DNA of 64,000 nucleotides from Octopus vulgaris (Eukaryota): the NCBI GenBank assembly GCA_951406725.2, contig OX597823.1, positions 44,206,001-44,270,000 of the forward strand, given 5' to 3'. The notes under the pieces were generated by a model that made no database searches, was not told where the DNA came from, and was given only the letters and a program-made list of their open reading frames with translations. This document shows positions 11,668 through 25,118 of this stretch, in pieces; the stretch's first letter is position 1; every line of letters starts with the position of its first letter. The position numbers were made by a program, and so were the translations under genes.

Positions 11668-12699
11668 TATCAAGGAAATGACTTTGTTATAAGATCATAT
11701 AATTTAATAAATTTTTCTTCGTTTATAGTGAGATTATTTTCATTTGTGAATCATCCTCATATTATCCGTTTCAGTATTTTTAATGTCCATTCTGCATGCT
11801 CATATGAACTGGACTTGTCTGTCATACATGATATCACCATATTTTCTCTTGAGTTATGACCTTATCACTCTTTGTAAATATTCTTAAAAACCTAAACTCT
11901 AAATAAAGCTGATCTACTCTGAAACTATTGTATTATTTTATATGTTGAATATCTAACTAAAACTTGTACTGACACAACCATAAACTAAAGAATTTCAAAA
12001 TTTGATTAATGTCTGATAAAAAGTGTACATTTTTCAAATCCTTTGCTAATATTTAACTTTGAATTTAAAACGACTGTATTTTCTCTTGATTTAAACTAAT
12101 GTACCTGGTATTTTATAGTACTTCCCCAAAACAACCAAAACAATTTTATATTTTAAAATATTTAATCTCCCACATTCTTGATTGAAGATGAACCACTTCA
12201 GCACTTCATTGGAAGTCTCTACAACATCATGGAATATTTGGCAGAGTCTGTGTTGGATTCTTTTATATCTGCCATCACGAATCATACCACGACTTCTCTC
12301 TTCAGCCTTTGGTGGATGAAGCATAATTCAAAGACTGTCCTTCGAAGAAGAATCGTCCCACGACTACGCTGACATTTTTACATTCTAAACATTGTTTTTT
12401 TATGACTTAACTGTCATTTTGCAATGTCCAAACAATCAGTTTTTTTACGACTTGAGGCTACCATTTTGTGAGGCCCAAATGCCCAGTTTCTTTGATGATG
12501 ACTATGAATTGAAGGATAACACTAAACATTAAATGATGATAATGGTGGTTATTTAACAAATATGTTGGTTAATGGTAGCCAATTGAGTGAAAGTATTAGG
12601 AAAATATATTTCACTAAAACTGATATTGCTAAAATGTGATACATATTGTAATATATAAGCCAAATAGACATTGTACTTTCCAGGTAAAGATATAAACAA

Positions 12700-14830
12700 T
12701 CAATTATGAGTACTAAGACTGTCCCAGGTGAAGACTGTACCACCCAACATTGTGGTTAGTGACCAAGAGCTCAACAAATCCAGAGACAAGACAATGTGAT
12801 GAAGAAGGACATTGAAGTTTAAAGAGTTATCAACCAACAGTAGAATCAGAGATGAATTTATTGAAATTATTATAACAAGATTGAAGAGACAGAAAATTAT
12901 ATCATAGAGGACATCTCAGAGTTTCTATGAGACAACTTAATGAGAGCAACAGACCAAGTCTATGGCATGTGTAAAGTCCCTGCCAAAAAGGAGGATGATA
13001 TGGTGGTGGAATAGCTCTGTAGACAGAGAAAAAATGCTAAGAGACAAGCCTAGAAAACTAGAAGAATGAGGGCAGCAAAGAGCTACACCAAGTCACCAGC
13101 TAGATGTCAGGTATATCTAATAAGGGTAGAAGATGAGAGTAAGAAGTCTGCCAATGTTCTAAGACATGAGGAGCAAAAGCATCAGATATTCCAGATTGCA
13201 GAGCAGCATGTGAAAGAAAGTTGGGGAGAAGTAAGGAGTAATTATGGCACTCCTACTTTTGCAGACATTGAAAGAAAGAAGCATCAAAGTGTGAGAAAAT
13301 GTTGACTGAGGTGAATACATAGGAGAAAGTAAACCCAACAGAGGGCCTAGCCATTCCAGTTAATACAAGTATAGTGGATAGAACAAATAAGTCTTTATTA
13401 GTAGGAAAGATACCCAGTCCACCAGAAATTACTGCTGAAATATGTCTGGTGGAGTGAAACATGGATTAGTCATTTGCATAGTAAATCAGGTTGTACAGGA
13501 AGGTATCAGACACAACACCTGGCATTGTAGTAGTACTGATTTAACTGTTATAAGGTCAAAGGAGATGTGTTATGGAAAGAAAACTATAGAGGTATTAAAC
13601 CAGATTTGTGCAAGTTATCAAAAGAGTTTGGTTGTGTGCCAGGAAGTACTATTGATGCTGTATTTCCAGAAAGACAACTGCTGGTGTATCTGGCCAGGAG
13701 TAAGCCCCTATTGTTAACATTTGTTGATCTTGAAAAGATGTTTGACAGTGTGCCATGCTATGTGATCGGATGGTCACCAAGGAACCTTGAGGCATGTGAG
13801 AGCTATACAGCCTTGTAGAGCAAGAGTGCCATTATCATTCTGTACACACCTCTCCCCATGTACAGTCAGCAAGGTAATTTAGAGATAAGTAGAGCAATGG
13901 ATCTAATACAGAAGGCTGAGCTCTCTTCTGTTCATTAGAGCTATTGAAGCCATAGCAGAGGAATTTAAGATCAGCTACCTCTGGGAATTCATATATTCTG
14001 ATGGCCTAGGTGTTATAGCTGAATCACGAATAGAATTAAAAAAGAAATTTCAGTCATGGAAAACAAACCTTAAATTGAAAGCTTCAAAGTAAACTTAGCA
14101 AAGTTTAAAGTATTAGTAAGTAAGATAGAAGACAGAAGCCAACTACCATTGGGAAATAGCATGCTCAATGTGTAAAAAGCAGTAGGTAGTAATTCCATGT
14201 GATGCAATGTGTAAACTGTGGACATGCAAGAAATGCAGTGGGATCATAGGTAGGCTAACAGAGAAGGTAGACTTTACATGTAAGTGTATGGGCACTATAC
14301 ACAAATTGCACATGTAAAATAGACTTTCAACTGGCCTGGGAGTCTCTCTAGAAGTAGTTCACAGCTTCTATTACCTACGAAACAACAGTGGAGATGAATG
14401 TTCAGAAAGCATAGTATCTGGGATAAGAAATGATTGGAAGAAGTTCCAAGTTTTATCTCTGCTGGTAACAAAGGATATTTCTCTTAGTGAAGGGCAGATT
14501 GTATGATACTTGTGCATGAAGCAAAACACAACCCAGTAGTGAGACATAGACCTTTAATGCAGAAGATTTACAAAGGCTAGAAAGAAATGAACATGTTTTG
14601 CTGGATGTGTAATAAAAGTGTGCATAAATATAGCAATCAAATGAACTGAGAAAAAAACTGAGTGTGAGAGTAATCAAATGCAGTATACAAGAGAGATGAC
14701 TGCATTGATATGAGTGTATGGTGTGTATCGAGGAGGATAGCAGCATAAAGAAGCATTGCACTTAAAGGAAGTGGAAGTGGAACATATAGAAAAGGATGAC
14801 TTGGAACAGACCTGAGGTTGCATCTCATGA
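12700..14830 (+). mobile_element. Decayed RTE-clade LINE ORF2 (reverse transcriptase)
   Basis: Fragments GKIPSPPEITAEI, EFGCVPGSTIDAVF, LLLTFVDLEKMFDSVP and a WEFIYSDGL-like RT motif; many stops and frameshifts. Confidence 0.8.
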
Positions 14831-14929
14831 AGATGATAAAGAACTACATTGATTGTTGATACACTGTGAAGGAAAAGACCTGCCCAGCCATTAAGGCATG
14901 GCAAAACAGATGTTAAAATTTCTGTACAC

Positions 14930-15620
14930 ATTATGTAGGCATGTACCTTTAGGACATGGAGAAAAAATTTTTTTAATATATATGTTTAGGACTGAGGCAC
15001 AGAAAAGTGGAGCAAAGTAACACAAAAACAATTTGAAAAATATCTTAAACCAGTCTGGAGCACCTAAATATAAGTCTCTTGAGGTAAAAGGTTCTGCATG
15101 GCAGTGGTGAGGTTTCCAACTGAAGAGAGGGTAGGAAACATTTTGTAACACACCTAAAGAGTGACAAACAGGTCTCTATACTTATCTGCCTCTGCCAGAG
15201 TGTGGCAAAAATAAAGGTGGTCAGTATGCTAGCAGAGATAGATATCTACTGGTTAGTAGAGGCCATTTTGCTCAGTATTGATGAAGAAACAAAGATATTG
15301 AAAGTTCACAGTGAGCAACAGGAAAATTAGTCAGGCACAAGGATGAAGTTGTTGATCCAAACTGATCAAGAAAGTATGGGAGCTGTCCCAGACCTGATTC
15401 ATCTCCCAGGTGGCTTGCAACTGTTTGTGGGTATTGGGGGTAGAAAGCCAAGCAGTGATGCATAGCTGCACAAAGGAAGGATCGCTTAGTCTGGATGGTC
15501 TTCTCTATAGGCTTTATGTTTATATGCCAGATTTGTTCATCAAAATCTAGGCAGATATCAATTGCAATTGGCAGCAGAAGGCAGGAATCACAGAAACTGA
15601 GAGAGTGGTACTCATGTTGT
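14930..15620 (+). mobile_element. Decayed Tx1/L1-like ORF1, same family as 60090-61639
   Basis: KQFEKYLKPVW...RVAKIKVVSMLAEIDIYWLVEAILLSIDEETKILKV...VPDLIHLPGGLQLFVGIGGRKP aligns by eye with KQLEIALKPIW...RVTKIKIDLVPAELDISWLVAAVL...IPDSVNLPDGTRLHIAVEGRWP. Confidence 0.75.
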
Positions 15621-16411
15621 ACAAGCAATTATCACAATAATCCAATGACATACAGAGGTCTCTTTATGGTGACTTCATTTGTCATTCCACCAACTCAAAG
15701 TCCTTTAATGGAAGAGTAGTTACATGTGCAGATCTAACCAGTTGAGAACAGGCAGGGCAGGTATAAATCTGCACATAAGCAGCAGGTGTCTTATCCTAAT
15801 ATCATCATTGTATCTTCTGGAGACTGAGCAGCACTACTCATCCAAATCATTGACATTGAGAAAGCACAAAGAGACAACAATCACCTGCAAAGATAGAGCA
15901 ATCCCCATGCATAGATATAGGCTATACATACATGCTATGCTGACCTGTGCCTTGCAAGTGGAAATGGTAGAATAAAGCAGTACAGTAACCTGCCATATAG
16001 GAACATATATACATACCTACATCTAAACATATAAGAAAATTCTTAAATCAAAGATCAAGGAGACCAGTCATCCAAAGGGACAGCTAAGCAAATGCAACAT
16101 AACTGTAGAGGATATAGTTTCATTTTATAGATTTTATGTTTTAGCAAAGAAACTGTTCTTTCACTATCTGAAACAAAATACTTTGAATCTGTAAGAGTTG
16201 AAATATTTCTGAATATTTTTATGAATTCCAATGTTTACAATGAATTTGACTGGTTTCTCCATGATATGTGATATCAAAGAATTATAAGTAAGAATGACAG
16301 AAGAATAATTCAATATTAAAAAGGCTTTATTTCAATTTCAGCTTATTAAGAATATTCACAGTGATGAGGTTCAGAGTTCAAGAATCTAGACGTCACAGTT
16401 AACAAGATAAT

Positions 16412-17782
16412 TTAACAGACACCAACACAGTCACTCTTCTGAATACATACATGTTTAGTTAGGTGACTTTTATGGGAAAATGATCTATTACAGATATCAC
16501 AGTGATATGGTTTTTCTCCTGTATGAATACGCTTGTGTATAGTTAAAGTATTTCCATGTGTGAATGACTTATCACAAAAATGACAGTGATATGGTTTCTC
16601 TCCTGTATGAATACGTTTGTGAGTATTTAAGTGGCCTTTTTCAGAGAATGATGTACCACAGATATCACAGTGATATGGTTTCTCCCCAGTATGAATACGT
16701 CTGTGTGTATTCAAATTACTACTTCTAGAGAATGATTTACCACAGATATCACAGTGATATGGTTTCTCTCCTGTATGGATACGCTTATGAGTAGTTAAGT
16801 GACTTATTTCAGAGAATGATTTACCACAGGTATCACAGTGGTGCGGTTTCTCTCCTGTATGACTACGTTTGTGAGACGTTAAGTGGCCTATTTCAGAGAA
16901 TGATTTACCACAGATATTACAGTGATATGGCTTCTCTCCTGTATGAATACGTTTGTGCTTATTTAAGTTACATCCTTTAGAGAATGATTTACCACAGATA
17001 TCACAGTGATATGGCTTCTCCCCTGTATGAATTCGTTTGTGAGTAGTTAAATCACCAGAACGAGAGAATGATTTATCACAGGTGTCACAAGTATATGGTT
17101 TCTCTCCTGTATGGATACGTATGTGATTAGTTAAGTGATCATTTTGAGAAAAAGATTTACCACAGATATCACAGTGATATGGCTTCTCTCCTGTATGAAT
17201 GCGTTTGTGAGTAGTTAAGTGACCAGTCTGGGAGAATAATTTGCTACAAATATCACAGTGATATGGTTTCTCTCCTGTATGAGTACGTTTGTGTTTAATT
17301 AAGTGACAATTTTCAGAGAATGCTTTACCACAGATATCACACTGATATGACTTCTCTCCTGTATGAACGCGCTTGTGAGTAGTTAAGGTAATACCATGAG
17401 AGAATGCTTTATCACAGATATCACAGTTATATGGTTTCTCTCCTGTATGAATACGTTTGTGATTAGTTAAATGATTCACTTGAGAGAATGATTTACCACA
17501 GATATCACATTGATACGGTTTTTCTCCGGTATGAATACGCTTGTGAATAGTGAGATTACCTTTTTCAGAGAATGATATACCACAGATATCACAGTGATAT
17601 GGTTTCTTTCCTGTATGAATGTATTTGTGTCTAGTTAAGTTCTTTATTTGAGAGAACGACTTGTTACAAATATCACAGTGGTATGAAATTTTTCCTTCCT
17701 TTTTCATTATATCATCAGGAAAATTAATTGCTTCAGACTGTGTTTTATATTTAATCCTGTTCTCAAAGAATTCAACTTCCAT
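16412..17782 (-). CDS. C2H2 zinc-finger protein B, 456 aa, 14 canonical fingers plus 1 atypical terminal finger
   Basis: Tandem C2H2/TGEKPY array; last finger ends HVCIQ; upstream acceptor tttcag at 18065. Confidence 0.95.
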   Translation of the reverse strand: MEVEFFENRIKYKTQSEAINFPDDIMKKEGKISYHCDICNKSFSQIKNLTRHKYIHTGKKPYHCDICGISFSEKGNLTIHKRIHTGEKPYQCDICGKSFSQVNHLTNHKRIHTGEKPYNCDICDKAFSHGITLTTHKRVHTGEKSYQCDICGKAFSENCHLIKHKRTHTGEKPYHCDICSKLFSQTGHLTTHKRIHTGEKPYHCDICGKSFSQNDHLTNHIRIHTGEKPYTCDTCDKSFSRSGDLTTHKRIHTGEKPYHCDICGKSFSKGCNLNKHKRIHTGEKPYHCNICGKSFSEIGHLTSHKRSHTGEKPHHCDTCGKSFSEISHLTTHKRIHTGEKPYHCDICGKSFSRSSNLNTHRRIHTGEKPYHCDICGTSFSEKGHLNTHKRIHTGEKPYHCHFCDKSFTHGNTLTIHKRIHTGEKPYHCDICNRSFSHKSHLTKHVCIQKSDCVGVC

Positions 17783-18169
17783 TGTTTTCTTCTCTCAATA
17801 GCTTCAATAAGTCACAAAATACTGTTTTTCTACTTTTCATTCTTATCGAATATTTTTGCTGTTATATTTCCATCACCTGTGATACCTGTCAGTATCTGAA
17901 GAAGCTGCAAACTCTTTTGCAATTTTGTTCAAGTTTAATTAGGATGCAAAATCATCCTGTACAGATTTCAAATAGCAAATAAATTATTGGTAACAATCAC
18001 AGCTCAGAGGAAATAATTCACAGTAATTCCTCCACAGATTTATATTCCAAGTCCATGAGATATTCTGAAATAAAAGAAAAACTGTATAAGATATGCAAGT
18101 TATATAAAAAGTCAAGATTCAATAGTGCAAATTTTACTACATTTCTATATTAATAAACATAGCAATAAC

Positions 18170-18500
18170 TACATCTCAAAGACTGGTCTTTTACTTCAGG
18201 ATCAAAAAATACTCCAGCTCTCATGAACAAATGACCTTCTACAAGGCTCTAGTAAGAGCCACAATGGAGTACTGCACCCACATTTACAGTAGCTAAATAC
18301 AACAGCAGTGTCTGACTGGAAGATGGGCGTAAAGTTACTCACAAACACACTCCTTCCTCTGAGCCACAGACAAGCTGTCTCTTCTCTGCTTTTCTACTAT
18401 TTAAGTTACATAGAACTGGCTGATCTTATACAAACTCCACTCAGGCATCTCTCAACTTTCATCACCCAAACATATCCAGTCCACAAGGTTGAAAGAGCCA
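18170..18500 (+). mobile_element. CR1/Jockey-group LINE 3' fragment
   Basis: YKALVRATMEYCTHI and LLPLSHRQAVSSLLFYY, typical late-ORF2 motifs. Confidence 0.6.
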
Positions 18501-18989
18501 ATGCAGAGTAGGAGATTCAAAGAAGAGTTACATTGCTGGCTGGGGGGTTGGTAAAATGTAGAGTTGGTAAATGAAAATATGTTTCATTGTTTGCGTCAAT
18601 AATACCTGAAGCAAAAACTGAACAAATAACTTTTGAGATATTGGTAAGTCATGAAGTGGTATAGTAGGATCAGAGAGCTTGGTAAAATGAAATGACTGAC
18701 AGCAATTAAATTTTAACAATGAAATTTTTTTATTATTACATTCATTACTGTTAACAAATATCATCATCATCATCATTTAAAGCTCGTTTTCCATACTGGC
18801 ATGGAAATTAACAATGTGGTAGTTTGACAAACTAGGAAAATATTAATAAATGTAGCAAGTGAAGAAGACATTTTATCAATACTCTCACAAGAGTTATTGA
18901 TGAAATTTGTTATAAGTGCTCAGGATAAGATTACAAGAGTATGTGAGAGATGTCATACTCTTGTATGGATGAAGCCAATGGCAATTTTA

Positions 18990-21050
18990 TTGAATAAATT
19001 TACTCTTCCAATGTAGCCAACATGAGAAGAGGAAGGGATTCAGAATCACTAGAGGAATCAGAAACCAGGAGAGCTTCCAATGTTGCACAGCAAAGATCAA
19101 GATAGAATGCAGTCCAGCTTGAGAAACTTGCTTTTCAATATGAAAGCCAACCAAGACTACTCCTCCCTACCTATTGTGATTGTTGAAGAGCTAGACAAAG
19201 AACGCAACTATTGTAGAGCATTGAAGTTCAAGGATGAATCCCAAAGCTCCTGTTGCTCCAATCGAAAGATCTAACTCCAGGACTTTCCAGCACCAGAACC
19301 ACTGAAGTTATTGCTGGCTAGATCCACCCAGGAGTCCCAGGATCTCCCGAAGAAGATTAGAGCTTACAACAATGCATTTACAATGACTTCTTTTGGAGCA
19401 AATGATACAACTCTGCCTGGATGGTAGTCCACATTCAGAATCCAAGGACAAGTATACCACTGGATTGGCAGTCTGTGGCCTCTACCAAATGAACCCCAGA
19501 AGTTTCTCCAAATCTATTTTCTAGAAGATCACCAAGTCCAAGCTGAGATAAGAAATAACCTCCTTCAGGATTTGAAACTAAGCACAATTCTGAACTTACA
19601 GAAATTTCTTCACCAAACAAATTCATATGTTCAAGAGTTCAAATCTGCCTTCCAGAGAGATGGACTGGAGAACTTGAGATAAGTCATATTGAGAGAAACA
19701 GGATACAACATGGAAGAACTGCAGTAATGTGTTCAAAACAATGAGCCCCTGGTGAAACAAGACCAACAGCAAATATATCAGAAGGTCCTTGATGACATCA
19801 ACAACAACAATGAGGGATTTTCTTCTTGGATGCACCTGGAGACTCCAAAGAAAAGTAGCTCTAGTAGTATCATCGTCTGGAATTGCTGCTACCCTCTTGC
19901 CTGGAGGGCATACAACACCTTCAAACTTCCATTGGATTTGAACTGCAATTAAACTCCTATTTGCAACATCAAGAGAGGAACCAACTTGGCTAAACTACTG
20001 GAGGAGACAAGCTTCATTGTCAGGGATGAATGTACCATGGCACACAATTGAGTATTTGAGGCCCTGGACAAAACAATCCAATACATTAGACAGAATTCAC
20101 AAATCATGGTCAGTATCACTGTGCTACTCACTGGTGATTTTAGACAAACATTACCAGTCATTGCAAGAGGAACTCCAACTGATGAAATCAATGCTTGCCT
20201 GAAAAATTCTTACATCTGAAGCCATGTTCAAAGACTCAGCCTGAAAACTAACATGAGAGTTAGAATCACAGATGACCTTGAAGCAGGATGATTTGCTGTT
20301 TTGTTGTTGCAGATTGGCAATGGAACCATCAAAATGGAGATATTTTACTCTCGGAGTTTCAGTCTCAAGTATCCAAGACTGGATTAACCATGTTTATCCA
20401 AACATTAAACACCACTTCATGGATTCAATCTGGCTTTGAGAGAGAGCCATATTAGCTCCCAAGAATCAAGCTGTGAATAGCATCAACTAAAACTTCTCCA
20501 AGAAATTTCAAAAGAAAGCATAAAGTGCTTTTCCATTGACAAGGTAGTTTGTACAAGAATAGGAAATGTATTATCCAATAGAGTTCCTGAACTCATTGAA
20601 TCCTCCTGGAATGCCATGAAACAAGCTGGAACTAAAAGAAAATGTGCCAGTTGTGCTATTGAGAAATCTAGATCCTCCAAAGCTTTGTAAAGAAACAAGG
20701 TTAATTGTCAAGAAGAGGTTTCCTCATCTCTTGGAAGCAGAGATCCTTACTGGTCCAGGAAAGGAGAAAAGAGTTTTAATTCCAAGAATCCCCTTAATTC
20801 TTCCAGATCTTCATTTTGAGCTCAAAAGACTTCAGTTTCCAGTGAGAGTGAGCTATGCAATGTCAATCAATATGTCCTAAGGACAATCATTGAAAGTAAC
20901 TGGGTTTCATCTGATGGAACCCTGATTTTCTCATGGCCAGCTCTTTGTTGGTTGTTCAAGAGTTGGGAAGGCAAACAAGCTATTTGTACTGATCCTGAAT
21001 GGGAAGACCAAAAATGTTGTTTATCCTGCAGCTTTGCAATAAGTTCCAAA
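18990..21050 (+). mobile_element. Decayed, internally deleted Helitron (Rep N-terminus and Pif1 helicase)
   Basis: YCRALKFKDESQSSCCSNRKI, IRAYNNAFTMTSFGA, DECTM, GDFRQTLPV, VVLLRNLDPPKLC, RLQFPVRVSYAMSIN, FSHGQLFVGCSRV. Confidence 0.9.
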
Positions 21051-21817
21051 TAAACAAATTATATCATTGTTTTGATGAAAATTGTTCATTGCTTGAAAAA
21101 TATTGGTCAAGTTTAATAAAATCTAATATGTACTCAATGCATGAAGTGTCATTGTTGGGCTTAAGTCCCAATCAAGAGCCATCCACAGGAGCTAGCTTAA
21201 AAGTCACCTGTCCTCCGCAGGAGCCATCTTAAAAGACACCCTATTGGACAGCTTCTAATCTAGTAGGCAATATTATCCAATGTGTCCTTTTTTCAAAAAG
21301 TTAAGTACAATCTGAGAAAGATTTGGTAGCTATCTCTAACAAATTGAATGAATGCTTATAAGTTTCCTGATTGGCTTGTTGTGCAAGGTTTGGCAGAATT
21401 CCTATGTGCAGAACACAAATTCGCAAAAGTTTTCTGAAAATTTCAAAATCTAAATAACTTACGAGGGGTTATATAGGGGGCTTAAACCAGAATTCTGCCC
21501 AAAAATGTGAATTGAGGAATATATTAAAGGGGAAAGTTATCGCCAACTACAAACTTTACAATGCTGGTACTAAACAGGTTTATATACGATAATGATGTCT
21601 ATTGAAATAGAATCACTTTTTATGTTTTCCTAGATTAGAGTAGATACTGAAAAAAGAGGCAAAGATTTAAAATATCAGGAAAACATGTCTGAAGTTATAT
21701 TCTGTATTTTCCAGAAAAAAAAAAAGCAAACTAATTTTTTAAACTAATACGGTTGTTTGACTAACTGAATATTTATTTACATCAGCAAATACAGTCAGGG
21801 CAACATATGTTATTGAA

Positions 21818-22095
21818 CGGTGGTTTTCAACCAGAGTCCATGCAACAGAATAGTAAACTGAGGATCCTGAATAGTATTTTAGGGTCCCCTAAAAAAATTT
21901 ACTTGGTATGTATTGCAAGAAACAGTTAGGTTTCTTTCAACATTTTACATAGTTCAATCTACACAAGTTACTGTGTGAAAAACAAAGTAGGAATTTTCTA
22001 TGAAGTTTCTATAAAACTAGTTTGGTTATGGAAGTCCACCAGAATATAATAGTAATCAATGGGGTCCATAGATAAAATATGGGTGAGAACCCCTG
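21818..22095. mobile_element. hAT (Charlie-like) MITE
   Basis: Termini cggtggttttcaacc / gggtgagaacccctg; imperfect 8-bp TSD ttattgaa/ttattaag. Confidence 0.55.
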
Positions 22096-22265
22096 TTATT
22101 AAGAAGTCAAGTTATGAGCTTAGACATGTACAAATTACAAAACAGATAGACATTTCAGTGCAGTAGATTAAAATCAGGATGTGGAAATATATTTTTCCAC
22201 GTCTATATAATTACATTGTATTTGAAGTGAAAAATAATTAAACAAGTTTCAACGTGTAAATATAT

Positions 22266-22455
22266 TTCTTTACTACCCACAGGGGGCTAAACACAGAGGG
22301 GACAAACAAGGACAGACAAACGGATTAAGTCGATTATATCGACCTCATTGCGTAACTGGTACTTATTTAATCGACCCTGAAAGGATGAAAGGCAGAGTCG
22401 ACCTCGGTGGAATTTGAACTCAGAACGGAGCGAACATTTCTGCCAGCTCGCCGCC
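22266..22455 (-). mobile_element. Nin/Deu-like SINE with internal deletion
   Basis: Reverse complement of the 36088-36318 SINE. Confidence 0.8.
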
Positions 22456-22812
22456 CACTCAACTTTGACGTTTGGCGGCGGGGTCAGGAATGCTGAAAGG
22501 GAAGTTTTTGATTTCATCAGCCTCCCACTCTACTGAAGTATCTAATGATGCTCGCCCCGCATCTCCTGCAGTAATGTCTCAAAAGTTTTTTAGAAGAGAA
22601 CAACCGTTTCTCTTGGCATGAATAAATAAGAGAGTGCTTATCCCTCAATCTTGATAACCACAAGTTTGAACAGAGTCTTAAGCTTATAGTAATGCATGAT
22701 CCATTAACGGAGAATCTTAATCTATTTATTGATTCCCTTTTTCGCTATTTTCGTGCTGCTCTATTATTTAAACACATTAGCATAGACTTTAAGTAAATAC
22801 ATGACAACATAC

Positions 22813-23015
22813 CGTTATCAGATGTAAATAGTACATCAGTGTGTGGTACCTTTTCAACAAACTACCAAAGAAATGATCTCGTTATTAAATTGAGCTTTTA
22901 AAGATCTTTGTCAATTTTATATATCAACATTGTTGTTACTTGCCACATCTTTAGCCATAGATTCGTATCTGGTCGTGTGAAACTGTCTTTATATCTTTAG
23001 CCGCCGTTTCGCTAC
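22813..23015 (-). promoter_or_regulatory. Putative non-coding first exon of ZNF B
   Basis: Homologous to 23300-23524 in inverted orientation; donor ctgataacg|gtatgt at 22812; points toward ZNF B. Confidence 0.6.
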
Positions 23016-23112
23016 AAAAACTATGTATGTGTGTTTGTGTGTAATGGAACAAAAAGGGTATCATCATGATTGACTGATTGATTGTATGATGTGTGTGTGT
23101 GTGTATGTATGT

Positions 23113-23256
23113 ATTTCGTAGGACATGGGCCAGTGAATCTGTACCTGAGGACTGGAGAAATACAGTAATGGTGGTCTTATATAAAGGAAAGGGCAACAGG
23201 AATGATTGTGGTAACTATAGGGGAATATCATTGCTTTCTGTCGTAGGAAAGGTTTT
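23113..23256 (+). mobile_element. Short RTE reverse-transcriptase fragment between microsatellites
   Basis: TWASESVPEDWRNTVMVVLYKGKGNRNDCGNYRGISLLSVVGKV. Confidence 0.85.
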
Positions 23257-23299
23257 ATGTATGTATGTATGTGTGTGTGTGTATACAAATGTGTGTGTG

Positions 23300-23524
23300 T
23301 GCTATGAAAACTGCGGCTAAGACATTAAAATCAACTTCACTTTGCTGTATAACAATGTACGAAAATATGGCTAATGATGTAAGAAAGATGCTGAGAGCTA
23401 CACTAATGATGAAGTGGAAGGAAGTTGATAAAATCCTTTCAAACTTCAATTTAATAACGAGATCATTATTTTGATAGCTTATTGAAAAGGTACAACACTG
23501 ATTTACTGTTTACAGTTGATAATA
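23300..23524 (+). promoter_or_regulatory. Putative non-coding first exon of ZNF C
   Basis: Shares tacgaa..atggctaa, caatttaataacgagatcatt and ttgaaaaggtac blocks with 22813-23015; donor gataata|gtaagt at 23525. Confidence 0.6.
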
Positions 23525-24978
23525 GTAAGTTGACATAAATTTACTTTAAATCTGCAATGGTACGTGTAGATAATAGGACTGTAAAAAAAAGCAACAAAAA
23601 ATAAAGATAATCTCTATATAAATAATCAAAATAGAGGAATGTACACTCAGTTATATATCATGCTAAGAACACTGGTTGCCACCACACAAAAAGAAAAATA
23701 CAAGGCATAACCGCGATAAAAGCGAAGCTTATTCACTTGTACAGCCAAGCGCCTCCTGAGCATAATCAGATACTTTTGCGAGTTGGGACGCTTATGAGGT
23801 CAGAAACTTCCCTATTCGAGGTCCAGCTCCCCCTAAGGTTTCAAAAGCCACAAGCTAAAAAATGTAGTTTTCCGACAGATTACACTATTTCTGCTTCTTA
23901 TTTCGTTCTGCTACGAAAACAGTGATTCTTTACCTCCACCACAGCATTAATAATGAATGACAGAGCAAATGAGTAGCTACCTGTGGTGTGGGCTTCGAGT
24001 CCAAGGACAAAGGTGAGTCCAGCAAGTCTCTTCCTATTATCTCTGGACAATCCCATTTGTTCCAGAGTTTAGGATATTTACTCTGGCTAGAGCTCGTTTA
24101 ATGATATTCAACTTGAAAGATGCAGTAAAAATGAAAATATAGTATTAGCAAAACATATTTCCTCGACTTGACTTACATGTGCAATGATAGGTACTACCCA
24201 AAACTGCTGGTTCTTGTGCCTAAATTAGAAACAATTATAGTATACTTGAGGTCAATAGATGTATGAAAGAGCTGCTTATGATGAGAGAACAAAATTTTGG
24301 ATAACATCTTTTCTTTCACTAGCACTTTTCCATCGCTAACCCTACTAAATTTTTAAACATACACGTAATATCAGGTCACATTAATTTAGCTCCGACTACT
24401 AGTTTCACGTGTAGAAGTGACACATTTGACACATTACCGCTTGACCTTAGTTGTAGGGGCTGCAGCAAAACTCGTGTACGTAATTTTTATCTTTCATATA
24501 ATAGCCGCCCACCCCCTCTCCACGTAGCTAGCCTTGAATTCATATTTATCGTTATATTCCGAGTTATAGTCGTATTTTTTTACACCTGTTAGACTTTTTT
24601 TTTTTTTTTTGTATTCTTTCCCGTATTTTCAATATGTTCCCACTCAAATATTGATTTCTGGTTACATAACTTTACGCATGTCTGTTTATATTCGTGGGTA
24701 AGTTTAGGAGATTAACAGATGACAGAATTAACGATGTTCAAACATATATACGCACAATATCTTTTGAATTATGTTTTAATTTTTTGTTTATAATTTGCTT
24801 ACATAAATGAGGTGCTCCTTTAGAAACGCACCTCTCTAAGAAAATGAAATGCAATTTTTAAAAAGTTATGAAAATGGGAAATATATACAAAATAAATGAT
24901 GTATGCAAAAAATTAGAAAGACTAATCCATTTTAAAATATTTTATACTAAAAAATAAAACAAACGAGAAACAGCCCAC

Positions 24979-25118
24979 GGGCATATGGCGTAGTGGTCAA
25001 GAGCACGGGCTACTAACCCCAAGATTTCGAGTTCGATTCCAAGCAGTGACCTGAACAATAATAACAATATTGAAAAATACCTTAGGAATAAGAACCCAGG
25101 TTCGAAATTTTCCCAAGA
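24979..25118 (+). mobile_element. tRNA-derived SINE head (pseudo-tRNA)
   Basis: A box tggcgtagtgg and B box gagttcgattcc; no closed acceptor stem; continues into non-tRNA sequence. Confidence 0.65.

Noticed and set aside
12091-12372. Coding-looking segment
   Set aside because: Probably a transposon relic, but no motif could be assigned.
24979-25050. tRNA gene
   Set aside because: A and B boxes are present but the acceptor stem does not pair; SINE head.
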